DNA from: Ramazzottius varieornatus
Lineage: Eukaryota; Animalia; Tardigrada
Length of the DNA: 64,000 nucleotides
NCBI GenBank assembly: GCA_001949185.1
Contig: BDGG01000001.1
Span: forward strand, 5,197,624 to 5,261,623
Direction: 5' to 3'
The notes below the pieces were generated by a model that was given only the letters and a program-made list of their open reading frames with translations, did not search any database and was not told where the DNA came from. Positions 63,636-64,000 of the stretch are shown here, one piece after another. The position numbers and the translations under genes are program-made. Position 1 is the stretch's first letter, and every line of letters begins with the position of its first letter.

Positions 63636-64000
63636 TCTAAATTTGCGGGAAAGTTTTGAGGACAAGAGTGAATTTGCTCCTTTTTAACATTTCCGTATTG
63701 ACTGGTTTATCAATAGGTACAATTTACACTGAAATCTATCGATTTATAGGACAAAGTCTTATGGAACTTGTAGTATTGATAAATGTTTTAGTCGGACTCA
63801 ACGTGACAGCTCGAAATTTTAAAGGCTCGAATGGGTACTGCAGGTCGTATACCGCTTCTGTATGGGTAATCAGAAATGACACAAACTTGCACTTTTGTCC
63901 ATTTATACTCTGACATTTTCGATCGAAGTCACATGGGCCAATTACCCCACTCGTTGGTTCAACATGAACACGGACACTTCCGTCATAGGCAAATGTTAGG

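Noticed and set aside
1-64000. CRISPR arrays, rRNA, tRNA, bacterial operons or horizontally acquired genes
   Set aside because: None seen by eye. The recognisable genes belong to eukaryotic families and are mostly spliced; tRNAscan/Infernal would be needed to exclude small RNAs.

Overview
Gene-dense eukaryotic (invertebrate) DNA with many short GT-AG introns. The compactness and gene content would fit a tardigrade-like genome, but that is a guess. From left to right: the 3' part of a receptor guanylyl cyclase with a degenerate catalytic domain (+); a TPPP/p25-alpha gene with a ~450-aa disordered tail (-); a small 4-TM gene carrying an intronic MITE (-); and two tandem SLC5 sodium:solute symporter paralogs (+). 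An ~8.5-kb island of decayed DNA follows: a Tc5/pogo-like element with TIRs, a mucolipin fragment fused to a nuclear-receptor DBD fragment, a LINE RT, a tyrosine recombinase and a foldback remnant. Next come an unusual gene encoding a myristoylation motif, RVxF motif, Sec14-like domain, 21 QT (LC8-type) motifs and a TM helix (+); a large mosaic lectin with SRCR, FReD-N, 4x F5/8C, PAN, CCP and 4x fucolectin domains (-); an anoctamin with a Glu-to-Arg change at a Ca2+ ligand (+); and TFIIS with two long intronic hairpins (+). The window ends with a PPxY membrane protein, a decayed piggyBac, a QRICH2/C16orf96-like gene (-), a type II membrane gene (-) and a CABIT-domain gene (+). The best candidates for undescribed biology are the multivalent LC8-motif membrane protein, the phase-0 modular TPPP tail, the anoctamin Ca-site charge reversal, the split SRCR lectin and the G-U-rich intronic hairpins. 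Exon structures and domain calls were made by eye; no searches were run.
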